In this document: positions 50,893-63,483 of the stretch, piece after piece
Layout of the letters: each line of letters begins with the position of its first letter
Position numbering within the stretch: the first letter of the stretch is position 1
Assembly: GCF_018350175.1 (NCBI RefSeq)
Contig: NC_058368.1
Coordinates: forward strand, 53,508,001 to 53,572,000
Reading direction: 5' to 3'
DNA: 64,000 bases
Origin: Felis catus
Lineage: Eukaryota
Translations under genes and position numbers: made by a program
The notes under the pieces: generated by a model
The model's database searches: none
Told to the model about the DNA's origin: nothing
What the model saw: only the letters and a program-made list of their open reading frames with translations

Positions 50893-51320
50893 AAATAAAT
50901 AAATAAACTCACACACACACACACACACACACAATTTAATTTTTGATAGACACTGCCAGTTGTGCTTCATGAAGGTTGGATTCATTTGCACACCCACTAG
51001 CAGCAACATAACTCCTGGTTTATTATATACCCGCCATTATGGTACTTCACCAAACTTGTTGAACTTTGCCAGTCTGATGGGTGACAAATGGAATTTCAAT
51101 ATAGTTTTAATTATCATTTTAGAATTATTCTTCATTTGACGATCTTTTCATATTTTTAAGAGACATTTGTATTTACTCTTGTCTGTTTCTAAATTTTGCT
51201 TACTTTTTATTGGTCTTTTCTTATTGATATCTAGAAGCTCCTGGTGTTAAAGAAATCAGATGTTTTTGAGTGTGAATTGCAAGTATTATTCCCAGTTTGG
51301 TTTTGGCTTTTTAAAAAATT
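50590..51320 (-). mobile_element. Old L1 (L1ME/MC-type) fragment
   Basis: GGATAAATTCCTAGAGGTAGAATTTCTGGATCATA..TTTGCCAGTCTGATGGGTGACAAATGG. Confidence 0.75.
50696..50933 (+). mobile_element. CanSINE nested in old L1, with (CT)n and (CA)n
   Basis: TSD TTTGATAGA(T/C)ACT. Confidence 0.93.
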
Positions 51321-51762
51321 TGCTTACACATTACCTCTCTGATTATTAAATAGACTACAGATTAAAATCTTAATTCTTACTCTTTACAAACATTTAGAAG
51401 GCAATATTTTCAGAATAGCTATAAAATTTCAGCAAACCACGTTTGTGTTTAACCATCTACAACCATAAGATCTCTAGATGTGTTACTATAAGGTAAAGTT
51501 TCATACTGTTTTTAAAAATTTTGTTTCAATTTTAGTAATTTTTATTTACTTTTATGTAACTTACCTTTGATTCAAATTCCTTTTTCTTTATTACATTTAA
51601 ATGATGATTAGATCCAAAATGAGTTCCTTACCACTGTAGATACGGTGTCTCAAAATCATTTTCCACAAACCATTTTATATCACAACACATAATAAATTAG
51701 CATACTTAGTGTTTTTAGTTCCCTACCTGTTATGAATATTCAGCCTATCCCAAGAATGCCAC

Positions 51763-51795
51763 TTTTCTTTCTCTCTTTCTTTTTCTTTTTTTTTC

Positions 51796-51858
<63 letters not shown>

Positions 51859-51895
51859 CTTTCTTTCTTTTTCTTTCTTTCCTTCTTTTCTTTCT
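51763..51895. repeat. (TTTC)n simple repeat
   Basis: Direct reading. Confidence 0.95.
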
Positions 51896-51899
51896 AAAT

Positions 51900-52157
51900 A
51901 TTTTAATACCCTCTTAACTGATTTCTCACACTACCCCTGCAACCACCAGTCTGCTTTGTGTATCTTTGAATTTGTTTTTTTTGTTTTTGTTTTTGTTTGT
52001 TTATTTGTTTTAGATTCCACATATAAGAGAAATTGCATGGTATTTGTTTTTCTCTGATTGGCCCATTTACTTAGCATGATACTTCAAGGTCTATCCATAT
52101 TGTCACAAATGGCAAGATTTCATTCTTTTTTGTAGCTGAATAATATTCCATTATGTT

Positions 52158-52206
<49 letters not shown>

Positions 52207-53065
52207 ACAATTTTGTTATCCATTTATCCATTGATGTACGCTTAGGTTGTTTCCATATCTTGGGTGTTATAAATAATGCTGCAATAAATGTGGATGCATA
52301 TATCTTTTTGAATTAATGTTTTTGGTTTATTTGCATAAATGCCCAGAAACATAATTTCTGGATCATATGGTATATCTATTTTTAGTTTTTTAATGAACCT
52401 CTCTATACAGTTTTCCTAGTGGCTGCACCAATTTACATTCCCACCCAAAGCGCACAAGTGTTCCCTTTTCTTCACATCCTTGCCAACACTTGTTATTTCT
52501 TATCTTTTTGATGATAGTCATTCTAACAGGTGTGAAGTGATATCTCACTGTGGTTTTGATTTGCATTTCCCTGATGTTTAATGATGATAAACATCTTTTC
52601 ATGTACCTGTTGGCCATCTTTGGGTCTTCTTCAGAAAAAGACTGTTCAGATCGTCTGCCAAATTTTTTAAATCAGATTGTTTTTTTCCCTATTAAGTTAT
52701 ATAAGTTCTTTATATATTTTGGATATTAACCTCTTATCTGATATGTGATTTGCAAATATCTTCTCTTTCATTTTGTTGATGCTTTCTATTGCTGTGCAGA
52801 AGCTCTTTAGTTTGATGTTGGTCCATTTGTTTATTTTTGCTTTTGTTGTTTTGCTTTTGGTGTCAGATTCAGAATATCATCGCCAAAACCTATGCAAAGG
52901 AGCTTACTGCCTATGTTTTCTTCCAGAAATTTTATGGTTTCACATTTTATATTCAAGTCTTCAATTCATTTTGAGTTAATTTTTGTATACGGTGTAAGAT
53001 AGTGGTCCAGTTTCATTCTTTTGCATGTGGCTATCCACAGTTTCCCCAACACCATTTATCGGAGA
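51900..53065 (-). mobile_element. L1MA/L1_Carn-type fragment (ORF2 end and 3' UTR) with (TA)n at ~52160-52203
   Basis: ORF2 peptide MANRYMKRCLSSLNIREMQIKTTVRYHFTPVRM. Confidence 0.92.
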
Positions 53066-53810
53066 GTATTCCCTATTGTAAACATGTATTGCAAACATTA
53101 TTCTCAGTTTGTGTTTGGCATTTTGACTTGATTTATGATATCTGTCTATCTGTCTATCTATCTACCTACCATGTAGAAATGTTCTATTGTTATGGCTTCA
53201 AATTTAATTCTGTACTTCTTATCAACATTAGAAAGATTTTCCTGCTCAAAGATTACTTAAATTTTTAAGTATTTTTTTTCCTAATGTCCTTAATGTTTTA
53301 TTTTTATGTTTAACTGTGAACTGGCATTTTTTTTTAATGGAAGTTATGAAGTAAGGAACCCCAAAATCTTTTCCCTAGATTGCTACCTGGTCGTATCTGA
53401 CATCTTTTATTGAACACTTCTTCTCCATTGATTTGAATGGAGAAGAATTTGAATTTGCTTTGAATTATTTTATCAAGTATTAAGCACTTTTACATTTATT
53501 TCTGCAATTTTGATTCCGTTCCATTGCTCTATTTGTCTGTTCGTATAACAGGATCATATTGTTTATAATAACTGTAGCTTTATAATTGACTTGATATCAA
53601 GGAGGCCTAGTCTTCATTGACTGTTATTATTTCAGAAATTTTGTAGTTCTTTTTGTTTTATTTTTAAATTTTTATTTTTTTGTTTAATTTATCTAATTAA
53701 AATGCTCCATGTGTATGATTATTATAATTAAACTACCTTTATAAACTAATTTAGAAAAATCCTAGTTGATATTTTACCTTTCTATCAAAGGACATGGTGT
53801 ATTCTTCCAC
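53066..53810 (-). mobile_element. Highly decayed L1ME-type fragment
   Basis: TTCCATTGCTCTATTTGTCTG..TAACTGTAGCTTTATAAT..GATATCAAGG pattern; likely continues 50590-51320. Confidence 0.55.
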
Positions 53811-54745
53811 CTTTTTTTGGGGGTTGAGTTTTTGTTTTTAAACTCAAGATGTTTGATTCTCTTTTTCAGAATAAATTTATCATCAGACAATAGGAAAAAG
53901 TATAATTTGAATTTTCTCTTTTTCGTTTTTGGTCTTTAGATTTGGTCAAATGTTCCCTGAAGCCACTTATCAATTTTGTGACTGCCAGTATATGGTGTGG
54001 GGGGTAGAGGTGGGGTGGAAGACAGTTTGTTTGCTCTCATAAAGTTTCTGGTCCTGAAAGTTCGAGCAGGTAAATGAATCCTAGCAATGCCAAGTCTGTT
54101 TTTTTGTCCCAAGAGACCTGGCCGCGAAACATAAACTGAAGCAGTCCTTACCATTTCACAACACTGTTTGGAAAGTCCTGCTAATGAATCGTGTGGCCGT
54201 ATTTCCAAGGGTTAGTATGCTTTGTTGTGGCCTTGGCACTCCAACAGCAATGCTGGGTCACCCAGTGCAGGTAACACCATAGCAGTCAGCATATTAACAT
54301 TTCTTAACCAGCCTCACTCTCATGCCAATATTCAAAAAGAACAAACTAAACAAATATTTATTTACTGGTTTCAGTCTTGTCTTAAATTCTGCAAATGAAA
54401 TCTGCAGCTTTTTGAAGCCAACTCCCTGAGTAATAAAAACATGCTTATCAATGTTGGGCATGTGCTATAATCACTTGTGTCGTTGTTTTGGGAAGTATAT
54501 AGATTATGGCCAAATAGTCCTTTCAATTTGTAAGGAGCCACTGTGCAAATCTTATGAAATAGTTCTGACTTTTCTGCATGCTCTGACTTGCCATGAAGTA
54601 AAGAACGTCTCACAGTTAACCAAACTTTCTGGATTCCTCACTGCTTTGAATTTGAAGTGCCCGTTTCTCAGAGATGTACTTGTTTTACTTGAAATTATTC
54701 CTGTTTGCAACACATATACCAACACCTGCATTCTAGGGATCAAAC

Positions 54746-54746
<1 letters not shown>

Positions 54747-54802
<56 letters not shown>

Positions 54803-54825
54803 TTCTTTCTTTCTTTCTTTCTTTC
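54747..54825. repeat. (TTTC)n microsatellite
   Basis: Direct reading. Confidence 0.95.
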
Positions 54826-55229
54826 GTATATGTTTAATTGATTGTATGTTGGGGATGAATGGTAAATTCAAGTTTAGTGGTAAATTAACTTTATTAGTTT
54901 GTGCAGATATTTAATTTGGGAAAAACATCTTGAAATGTATTTGCTACATTCTTACTTCTTGCTGTGTGGCTGCATTGGGCCCAATAAGTTCCCATGATAG
55001 TGTCAGAAGTCAACATGAATTTCATGACTAGATAAAGGCTGACTGCTCTTAATTTATTTAATATTTCATAATTTTGGAAACTCATTCTACTATATGCTCA
55101 TTAATTTGGCCAGCTCTAAGTTTTTTGCTTGTTGTTGTTTGTTTGTTTTGATTTGATTGGTTTTGTTTCTAGTTGTCTAGAAAGAGTCAGAAAGGAGTGA
55201 CTGTTTTAGTGACTCAGTCCCAAGCCCAA

Positions 55230-56520
55230 AATGAAACAGGATTATGGGATAGAGAGGGACCAGAGGGTGGTGATGGAGATACTTTAGCTAGTGTGTTCAG
55301 GAAAAGGCAGAATATCTGAGCAGAGACATGGACTCTTGTGGTAACTAGTCCCATGCAGATCTAAGGAAAACATTTCCCAGGTAGAGGGTGATAATAGCTA
55401 GGGCCAGGCCCTAAGGTAAAGTCAAGCTCCGTATATTCAAAGGTAAGGATGAAGGCCAGTGTATCTGGGGTCTGAGGAACAAAGGTGAGAGGGCTGAGAG
55501 TTGAGGTTAGAGCAGGTATGGTGTACAGCTTCTGACAGCTCCCAAGGATACTCACCTCCTAGTATTCACACCCTTGTGCAGTCCCCTACCCTTGTGTATA
55601 GGCTGGACTTAGTGACTCACTTCTAACACATAGCATATGGCAAAAGTGATGGAATATCACTTCTGGGACTAGGTTGTGAAAAACTGGGACCTCTTCTCTC
55701 TCCCCTTTCCTCTGCCTGTTTTTGACTCACTCCTTCTGGTGAAGCAAAGTGCAAAATTTTGAGCTGTCCCCTAGAGAGACCCATGTGATAAGGTATAAGG
55801 GGTGGCCTTTGGCTTCTAATCAGTAGAGAACTGAGGTCCTCAACCAACAGCCTGCAGTAAACGGAATTCTGCGAACAACCATGTGGATGCTCTTGGAAGA
55901 GGATCCTCCCCAGTGGAGCACTGAGATGGCCTGCAGCCTTGTTTAACACCTTGAACACAGCTTGTAAGAGCCCAAAGCAGAGAACCCCGCTAAGCTACAC
56001 TTGGATTCGTGGCATACAGAAAGGTAGTAAATATTGTTTCAAGGCAGTGAGTTTTTGGGTAATGTGTCATGCAGCAATAGATAAATAATACAGGTGGGTA
56101 GGGCCAGATCACATAAAGATTTATAGGCCATGGTGAGGAATTTGGATTCTCTTTCATGCAGTGCAGGGAAGGGTATGACCACTTTTAAAAAGATCACTGT
56201 GATGGCTATGTGGGGGATGGGCAGAGCAGAAGCAGGAAGACCAACTAGGAAGCTCTCAGGGAAGGATAAATGCGAAACGGTCAGATTTAAGATACATTTG
56301 TGCACGATAATGCTCATATGTCTTGCTGGGGATTTTATAGAGGAGATAAGGGAAATAGGAATTACAGATGAATTGTACATTTTTGGCTTGATTAACTGGG
56401 TAGATAGAGGTACCAGTTGCTGAGATGAGGAAGATTAGGGGAAGAGTAATTTTGGGGTAGAGATGGAAATATTTATGTTGAAGATAATAAGTCTATGTGG
56501 AGATGTAAATGGGGAAATGC
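55230..56520 (-). mobile_element. L2 fragment split by an MLT1 LTR
   Basis: CATTTCCCAGGTAGAGGG..GAAGGCCAGTGT (left) and GGGCCAGATCAC..GAAGCAGGAAGACCA..GCTGAGATGAGGAAG (right). Confidence 0.75.
55522..56091 (+). mobile_element. Solo MaLR LTR (MLT1F-like)
   Basis: CTCACCTCCTAGTATTCACACCCTTGTG..GCTGGACTTAGTGACTCACTTCTAAC..GCAGCAATAGATAAATAATACA. Confidence 0.88.
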
Positions 56521-57230
56521 CAGGGGTTCAGATGTGTCCACCCATGTCTGGAGGATAGGTGGGGACGTTCCTTGGGGGGATCTAGTTATATGAGTTCTCT
56601 GAATCCTCTTGAGAAAGAAATATCCTAAGAGAAGTCGAGATGCTTTCATTTGGTTGAAAGAAAACAGGCCAGAGTTAGAGACAGTTGGTGATTCTGTATA
56701 TAGCATCTTATCCTCTGACTTAGTCCACATGTTCTAGGGTAAAGGGAATACAATAGCAGCCTCAATAAACATTAAAATAAACACTTTCCATAAATCTCCA
56801 TTGCTTCATTTATCACCTCTCGTGCCAACAGTTCTGCAGAAATGGGAGTTGGCAGACTGAGCACAGACATCAACACTGATAATATGAGGAAGCCTTGACT
56901 TGGATGTTGATGAGTGTTACCAGTGTGTCAGTGTCCTTGTCAGCCATTGGTGATGACCACTTCTGTGAACCACACTGATGGAGCTGCCATTTTTGGCAGC
57001 AGTGATAGGAGCTGTCACTACAGAATAGAAGAGAAAGAAAATGGCAAATATCAAATTACAGCCAAGTAGGCCCTTTTTGGGGACTTTCTCTTGTTGAGAA
57101 ATTTGAAATGGGTTGCATTCTCTCAACTGGGATGGATTTGGAGGGTACTGTTGCCATGACCGTATTTTCATCTCCAAGATATGTTCTCTGGAAAACTGGG
57201 GTTACAAGAGTGATTTAATAAGGACTTCCT

Positions 57231-57441
57231 GGGGCGCCTGGGTGGCTCAGTCGGTTGAGCACCAGCTTCAGCTCAGGTCACGATCTCACGGTCCGTGAGT
57301 TCGAGCCCCACGTCGGGCTCTGTGCTGACAGCTCAGAGCCTGGAACCTGTTTCGGATTCTGTGTCTCCCTCTCTCTCTGACCCTCCCTCATTCATGCTCT
57401 GTCTCTCTCTGTCTCAAAAATAAATAAACGTTAAAAAAAAA
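57231..57441 (+). mobile_element. Relatively young CanSINE
   Basis: Perfect 18-bp TSD ATTTAATAAGGACTTCCT at 57213-57230 and 57442-57459. Confidence 0.97.
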
Positions 57442-59358
57442 ATTTAATAAGGACTTCCTGTATTTGTTGGAAAGTTTTATTCTCAAATATGTTTTTGGAA
57501 TATTTGCTTTCTTCTTAGTTATGGGTTTTATTTTGTAATTTCATTTCTTAATATTATTATGAGGTTATGAAGTCATTTTCTGTGAGTTCTTTCAACTTTT
57601 TTTTTTTTCTTTTGAGAAAGATGAGGAACGTAAATAAAACATTTTAAGGTAACACAATATTGTATTGTAAGTGTCCTAAGTGTTTTATACACCATGCAAT
57701 ATGGCTCAAGGATTTTTCCATATGGCATTAACCCTTTATTTTAAATTCTCACTCCTAAATAGGAAAAATAAATTCAAATCGTTAGATTGAACTCTTCATT
57801 GTCTTTTGCCATTTTTGTCAAACATGAACGTTTGGGACGCTTAGCTGTTTGAGAGCTGAATGCTCTTAGATAAATTATACAGCCTAAGCAAGTTCAGAGA
57901 TTTTTTGGAATGAGAAAGTTGTTGATTGAGTAGAAAGAGTTGAAAGAAAGTTCTGAACTAGAAATATTATCACATGAATTCCAAACATTTGCTTTAATAT
58001 ACTCAGAATAAAAAATGTTTTAATGTGATATTGAGATGTTTTTTCCTGAACCATTGTTTTCTTTAAAAAATTTCCTGGCATAGTATATGCTATTGTTTTC
58101 CCTGAATACAGTATTTATTACTTCTGATATGGTTCAGGAATTAATAACCAGCAAACTTGATGGCATAAAAAAAATTACTATTTCTTGAAACTTCAGATAC
58201 AAGATGAAATTACTAAATCAGTAATAGGAAGGGTACACATTGTCTTATGTCACTATTTAAAAAAAACTTTCCAAACATCTACCTACTATTCTTGTGTTGA
58301 AAATTAATTAATATTATATATAATTCACTTAGGACGGCTGATGGGAATAAAATAATCTGGAAAGGGCTACTCTTGTTAAATCTAAATGAGGCTCAGGGAT
58401 CTCTTCCTGTCTGGTACCCCTAGACTTGACCCTATATCTTAATCAGGGTGAGCTAGTTACTACCTACAAATGCTCCATTGAGTTGTGTACTGCCTAAAAA
58501 TCAAATGACCATATATTCAAATGACCTCTGGAATCGTGCCAGTGTAAAAGATTTTCTATCTCTTTTACATATGGGGTGATCTATTCCTTGTTGATTTTGT
58601 ACTTGTTGCAGTTGGTTTTGACTTTAGACTCAGAGGGCAATTTATTTTCCTTATTTAGAAAATCTCAGAGGACAGCCTCACTACAGTTCCTAAATAATTG
58701 TTTCAGTAATTTCTATTGTATGAACCATTAGCTGAGAATATCTTTTTTTTTCTTCCTCCAAGTCAATTTTCAGACTGAACTAATAACTTTTCTTTTTCCA
58801 GTTTAGTAAATCTCAGTCAGACAAGGCTACATTATATTAACTTGTTAACTCATCACCAGAAAGTTCCAGATTTAAGTTTCTAGCTTGGATTTGTAATGAA
58901 TGTGCTTAATATAGGATTATCAAAAAATGAATTAATGAGCAAAAGAAATAGTCTCCCTTCAAACTGATCCTTTCAGAGTTCTACCTCTCCATCCGTTACA
59001 AATTGGAAGTTCACTGACTTGTTCAGGAATATTTCCCCCACAGTCTGAAGCATAGTTGACCCATGACATATGCTACCTGAAATGTGCTTTCAGGTTTTAT
59101 AATTAAACCACAACCCTACAGATTTACAGTAGAAGATCTGTTGTGAGCATTCTGTCTCTGGCCAGCTTCATATATATGCTAAAAATGTCCAAAGTGATCC
59201 GGGATATGTTTCATACTGAATCTTGCCTTGCACAAATTTAGTCTGAACTTGACAGGTTTCTTTGGAGTATTGCTATATAAAGTAGTGACATACTATAAGC
59301 TACCTAAGGTCACAAGTGTCCTCAATTAGACAGGTATTAAATATTTAAAGATAACTTT

Positions 59359-59566
59359 ATTTTTTTATTATTTTATTTTTGAGACAGAGAGAGACAGAGC
59401 ATGAACAGGGGAGGGGTGGAGAGAGAGGGAGACACAGAATCTGAAACAGGCTCCAGGCTCTGAGCTGTCAGCACAGGGCCCGACGCGGGGTTTGAACTCA
59501 CGGACCGTGAGATCATGACCTGAGCCGAAGTCGGACACTTAACTGACCAAGCCACCCAGGCGCCCC
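59359..59566 (-). mobile_element. CanSINE (SINEC_Fc2-like)
   Basis: TSD TAAAGATAACTTT at 59346-59358 and 59567-59579. Confidence 0.97.
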
Positions 59567-59613
59567 TAAAGATAACTTTTAAGGACTAGGATAATTTTGC
59601 AGTGTATTTATTC

Positions 59614-59806
59614 TTTTTTAAAAAACATTTATTTTGAGAGAGAAAGAGAGCACAAGCAGGGGAAGGGCAGAGGGAGAGCTAGAATCTCAAGCAGGCTCTG
59701 CCCCTCAGCATGGAGTCCCATGCAGGGCTCCAACTCACAAACCAGGAGATCATGACCTGAGCCTAAATAGTCAAATGCTTAACAGACTGAGCCATCCAGG
59801 CACCCC
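59614..59806 (-). mobile_element. CanSINE
   Basis: TSD GTGTATTTATTCTT. Confidence 0.93.
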
Positions 59807-60082
59807 AATGGTGTATTTATTCTTGATGTTATAAAAACTTACACTGTATACAAATGAACCAATGTATGCATGTCTACAAAAAATGCTATGTCAGTTTCAC
59901 TTGAGATAGAATTCTCTTGTAAACCAATAACTAGTGTTCTTTTTGAACACTAGGTTGGTTATGATTAGAAGGTTACATGTTGTGCTTAGATTCACTAAGA
60001 AGCCTTGAGTGTTTCCTGAAAGTAAACCTGAGCCACAAATCTGCATCATGATCCACTCTATTTTAGAATATGCTCTATCTTA

Positions 60083-60272
60083 GGGGAACCTGGGTGGCTC
60101 AGTTGGTTAAGTGTCTGATTTCGGCTCAGTCATAATCTCAAGGTTTGTGGGTTCGAGCCCTGCGATGGGCTGTCTGCTGACAGTTCAGAGCCTGGAGCCT
60201 GCTTTGGACTCTATGTCCTCTTTTCTCTCTGCACCCAGCTCATGCTCTGTCTCTCTCCCGAAAGTAAACATC

Positions 60273-60302
<30 letters not shown>
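60083..60302 (+). mobile_element. CanSINE with long poly(A)
   Basis: Head, body, ~29-nt A tail. Confidence 0.93.
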
Positions 60303-60303
<1 letters not shown>

Positions 60304-60494
60304 TTCCTGCAGCCACGTATAAATGTGTCTTACCGAGGAAAGGTATGATATTTGTTCATTTATTCTTAATCATTTCCCCCACCCCATGAGGTTCTGAACA
60401 ATTGCACCATCTACCTGTGTGAGCAGCTTTCTGTGCTTCTGCGCTACCAGGGATCCTTAAGCCCAGCAGGCCGGCTGCTCATCAGAGGCAGCTT

Positions 60495-60790
60495 TCTTGG
60501 ACCATACCTGGTCCTTGGAAAACAGAATCTAAGACTGATGCAGGTGCAGGGAGTTTATTGGAGAGCACTCGAGTTCAGCATTCAGGGGGAATGAAGGAAG
60601 GTGAACCACAGCACACCTGAGACCAAGGCCTCAGCCTGTTCCAATGCCTTTAGCGTCTTTAACTGACCAATCATCGGATGGGTGAATAGGGTGGTGATCT
60701 CTGGGCGAAGGGGTGATCTTCAGGGCAGGGCAATTACTGGAAATGGATACAACTGAGAACTGTTGGTCATTAACACACCCGATAAATAGG
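60495..60790. mobile_element. Old ERVL-type LTR fragment (LTR16/LTR33-like)
   Basis: GAAAACAGAATCTAAGAC..GTGCAGGGAGTTTATTGGAGAG..CTC pattern; weak recognition. Confidence 0.4.
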
Positions 60791-60807
60791 GGAGCTAGGG
60801 CTTTGGT

Positions 60808-60876
60808 CCCAGCCCGGGATCTGCGCTGGTGTCTCGCACGTTCCAGCGGTCGGTCGGTGGAAGTGGAGCGGTGAGT
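60808..60876 (+). promoter_or_regulatory. Small CpG cluster ending in a splice donor (candidate first/alternative exon)
   Basis: 8 CpGs in ~60 bp, GGAAGT at 60859-60864, GCG|GTGAGT at 60870/60871. Confidence 0.4.
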
Positions 60877-61133
60877 AGGTCCTCCTTTACTAGGTTTGGT
60901 CTTTCTCCTGTGGAAGGCTGTGCAGGAATTACAGAGAGACTGATAATCCCAACAAAAAGAGTTTTAAAGCTGGTGAAGAATGTGTCAGAAAAGATACGGA
61001 AAAGAAATGCTTTTGCTCTTGAGCAAAAACTGAGTGTGTTCAACATTGGGTATGTTCTGTGAAATGTTTTTTTTTTTTTTTTTTTAAAGCTAACTACAGC
61101 AACTACCTTTATTTAAAAAATTCCTGTAGGAAC

Positions 61134-61572
61134 TGTGAGAAGTGAGAGGATTCATTTTCAGAAATACCAAATAAAAGCTGTGCTGTCAACAATAGGTTTA
61201 CAACCTATTGGAAATATGTATGAACCCCTGCCCCCCACAGTGGAGTCCCAAACCCTTAGACACTTCACTTCCTGTTTTTTTTTTCCTCTCTCTATTTCAC
61301 AGCCTTACTTTTCTTGAGCTTTACAATGGACATGTGCCAAAGAACTGAAGTTTCTGCGTAAACTTTCGGAAGTTTCTCTGTAGTACTCAGCCAATGAGGA
61401 GTCGGGGGAGGGACTTGCAACTAGGAGATAAATTGCCTGCTGTAACCACCCTGAGTGTGCCTGTCCATCGGACACACCCACTCTTGCAAGAACTTTGATT
61501 AAAGCCTTGCTTCACTGCTCTCCCAGTCTGCATGCCCCTCCTTTGATTGGGGCAGTGGTCTTATTTCTCACA
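61134..61572 (+). mobile_element. Intact solo LTR, ERVL class (resembles LTR47-type)
   Basis: TGTGAGAA...TTCTCACA terminal inverted repeat; 5-bp TSD GGAAC 61129-61133 and 61573-61577; CCAAT 61391, GC-box, GATAAA 61427, ATTAAA 61498. Confidence 0.92.
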
Positions 61573-61603
61573 GGAACCCCCTTCTTCTTCTTCTTCTTCT
61601 TCT

Positions 61604-61702
61604 TAAAGATTTTATTATTTTTGACTAATCTCTACAGCCAACATGGGGCTTGAACTCACAGTCTGGAGACGATGCTCTACAGCTGGAGCCAGTGGGGTGC
61701 CT
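61604..61702 (-). mobile_element. Short old CanSINE (SINEC_old-like)
   Basis: TAATCTCTACAGCCAACATGGGGCTTGAACTCAC..ATGCTCTAC..GAGCCAG..GGTGCC. Confidence 0.75.
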
Positions 61703-62124
61703 CAACACACCCCTTTTTAAAGGAGTCTGATAATCTGTACACTTCAGTGTACTTCTTTCTTTCAGTCGGGGTAGCTATTGTAGCTACTGAAAGGTAGCTA
61801 TTGTAATATGGTTTTTGAAAACATGAGGATACATAGATACCCAACGCCTTCTTTTTGTAATTTAAATATAAACTTCAGTTAACATCACAAAACCTTCTCA
61901 GTAATGGAAGGGACAACATACAGGTGCTAAGGAGTGTGCTGAAAACTCTTCTCTTATAGAACTGGAGCTGATTCAGTATATGTTTAAACAACCAGTCCTC
62001 AATGACTTTGAAAACTTTTGAGGAAGAAAGCATGAAGTCTGGATAACTAGTAGCATTTCTTCTTTATGCATTGTTTGCTTTTGCTAAGGCATTTTGTTAC
62101 CTAATGTTTTAAGAAACCTGACTT

Positions 62125-62327
62125 AAAAAATTTTTTTTTAATGTTTATTTTTGAGAGAGAGACAGCGTGAATGGGGAAAGATCAGAGAAAGAGAGAGAAC
62201 CCCAAACAGGCTCTAGGCCCTGAGCAGTCATCACAGAGCCGTATGCCGGGCTAGAACCCACAAACTGCGAGATCATGACCTGAGTCAAAGTCAGATGCTT
62301 AACCGACTGAGACACCCAGGTGCCCCA
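62125..62327 (-). mobile_element. CanSINE
   Basis: TSD AAACC(C)TGACTT. Confidence 0.93.
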
Positions 62328-63483
62328 ACAAACCCTGACTTCTAACAAAAGAACAAAAGTCTTTATAGAATTCCTTAGGTGCTAAAAATGACTTGTATAC
62401 GTTTTCTTAGTTTTACATATATTTTCTTACCACCTGCTTTTAAAGATGAGGATGCTGGGGCTTTTGGAAATGAAACGAATTGCCAGATGCCATGCTTCTA
62501 CCTTCCAGAGCTTGTGAACTTTCCAAATACTACAAGACGCTGGATTTATTTACAGTCTCTGATACCCTGATAAGTTAGCAGAATATCTATAACTCAGAAG
62601 CAAAAGTGGGAGCGGGGTGAGGAGAGCATGTAAACCTTTCTGAAATGGATCCAGTTACTGGCAGAGAAGGAAAGCAGTCTCCTTTTGCCTTGGGCAGTGA
62701 AATACCTTGGACCCACCCTGGATGTAAGAACAGGGGAAAGGACCAAAGGGATGTGAGGAATTCAAGAGCTTTACCTCAGGGTAGGGAAGTGAATCTGATG
62801 AAATGGCACCTGAAAACCACATTTGTTCTGGGAGCCTGAGACCAGGAAAGATGTGGACATTTTCTTGGAAAACGTTCAGAGGAGAAATCAGGAAGATGAC
62901 GGAGGAGGGTGGAGGGATAGGTTAAAGGAATTAAGTAGGTTCACCTGGGCTTAGAGACAGCAAAGCTAGGCCTTGTTAACCATCTGCAATTATTTGGATG
63001 TAGAAATACCAGGGAAGGTAAAGTGCTACTCGGGGTGGAACAAAGAAGTAGAATTACCTGAAAATTAAGGCAATGAAAACGAACCTGAATATGAAATAAT
63101 TCATGTTTACAAGAATGTTCATGGCAGTTCTATTATAAAACTTCTTAGTGTTAAAGGACCAAGATACCTTAGATGAAAACTGCAGAACATAGTTTATTAC
63201 CTCAAAAAATAATCCTGTTTTTATGTTATAAACTGTATCAAACCTGAATTCAAGTACTCTACGTACTCCTCCCCGCCCACCCCCCGCAAAAAAACCCAAA
63301 AAACAAAAAAACAAAAAAAAACCCACGACGGAATTTGTACTGAGCAGATCACACTGTCATTCAGCTGGGTGCCAGGGACATCGCTAATGCCATTTATTCT
63401 TGACCCGTGGGTTGACTCAAGGTGATGAGGAAGGCACTGGATGTTCTCTCTAGGAGAGAGGTTCACTGACCCAAGGGAGTGGC

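Noticed and set aside
53936..54208. 90-aa minus-strand ORF
   Set aside because: Non-ATG start, no recognisable similarity or exon structure on the minus strand
56905..56980. TGATGA...GTGATGA...CTGA resembling a C/D box snoRNA
   Set aside because: No terminal stem, no D' box and no recognisable rRNA/snRNA antisense element
114..62348. Recurrent similar peptides (MISQFVGSSPASGSVLTA..SLEPASDSVSP)
   Set aside because: Translations of CanSINE copies, not a gene family
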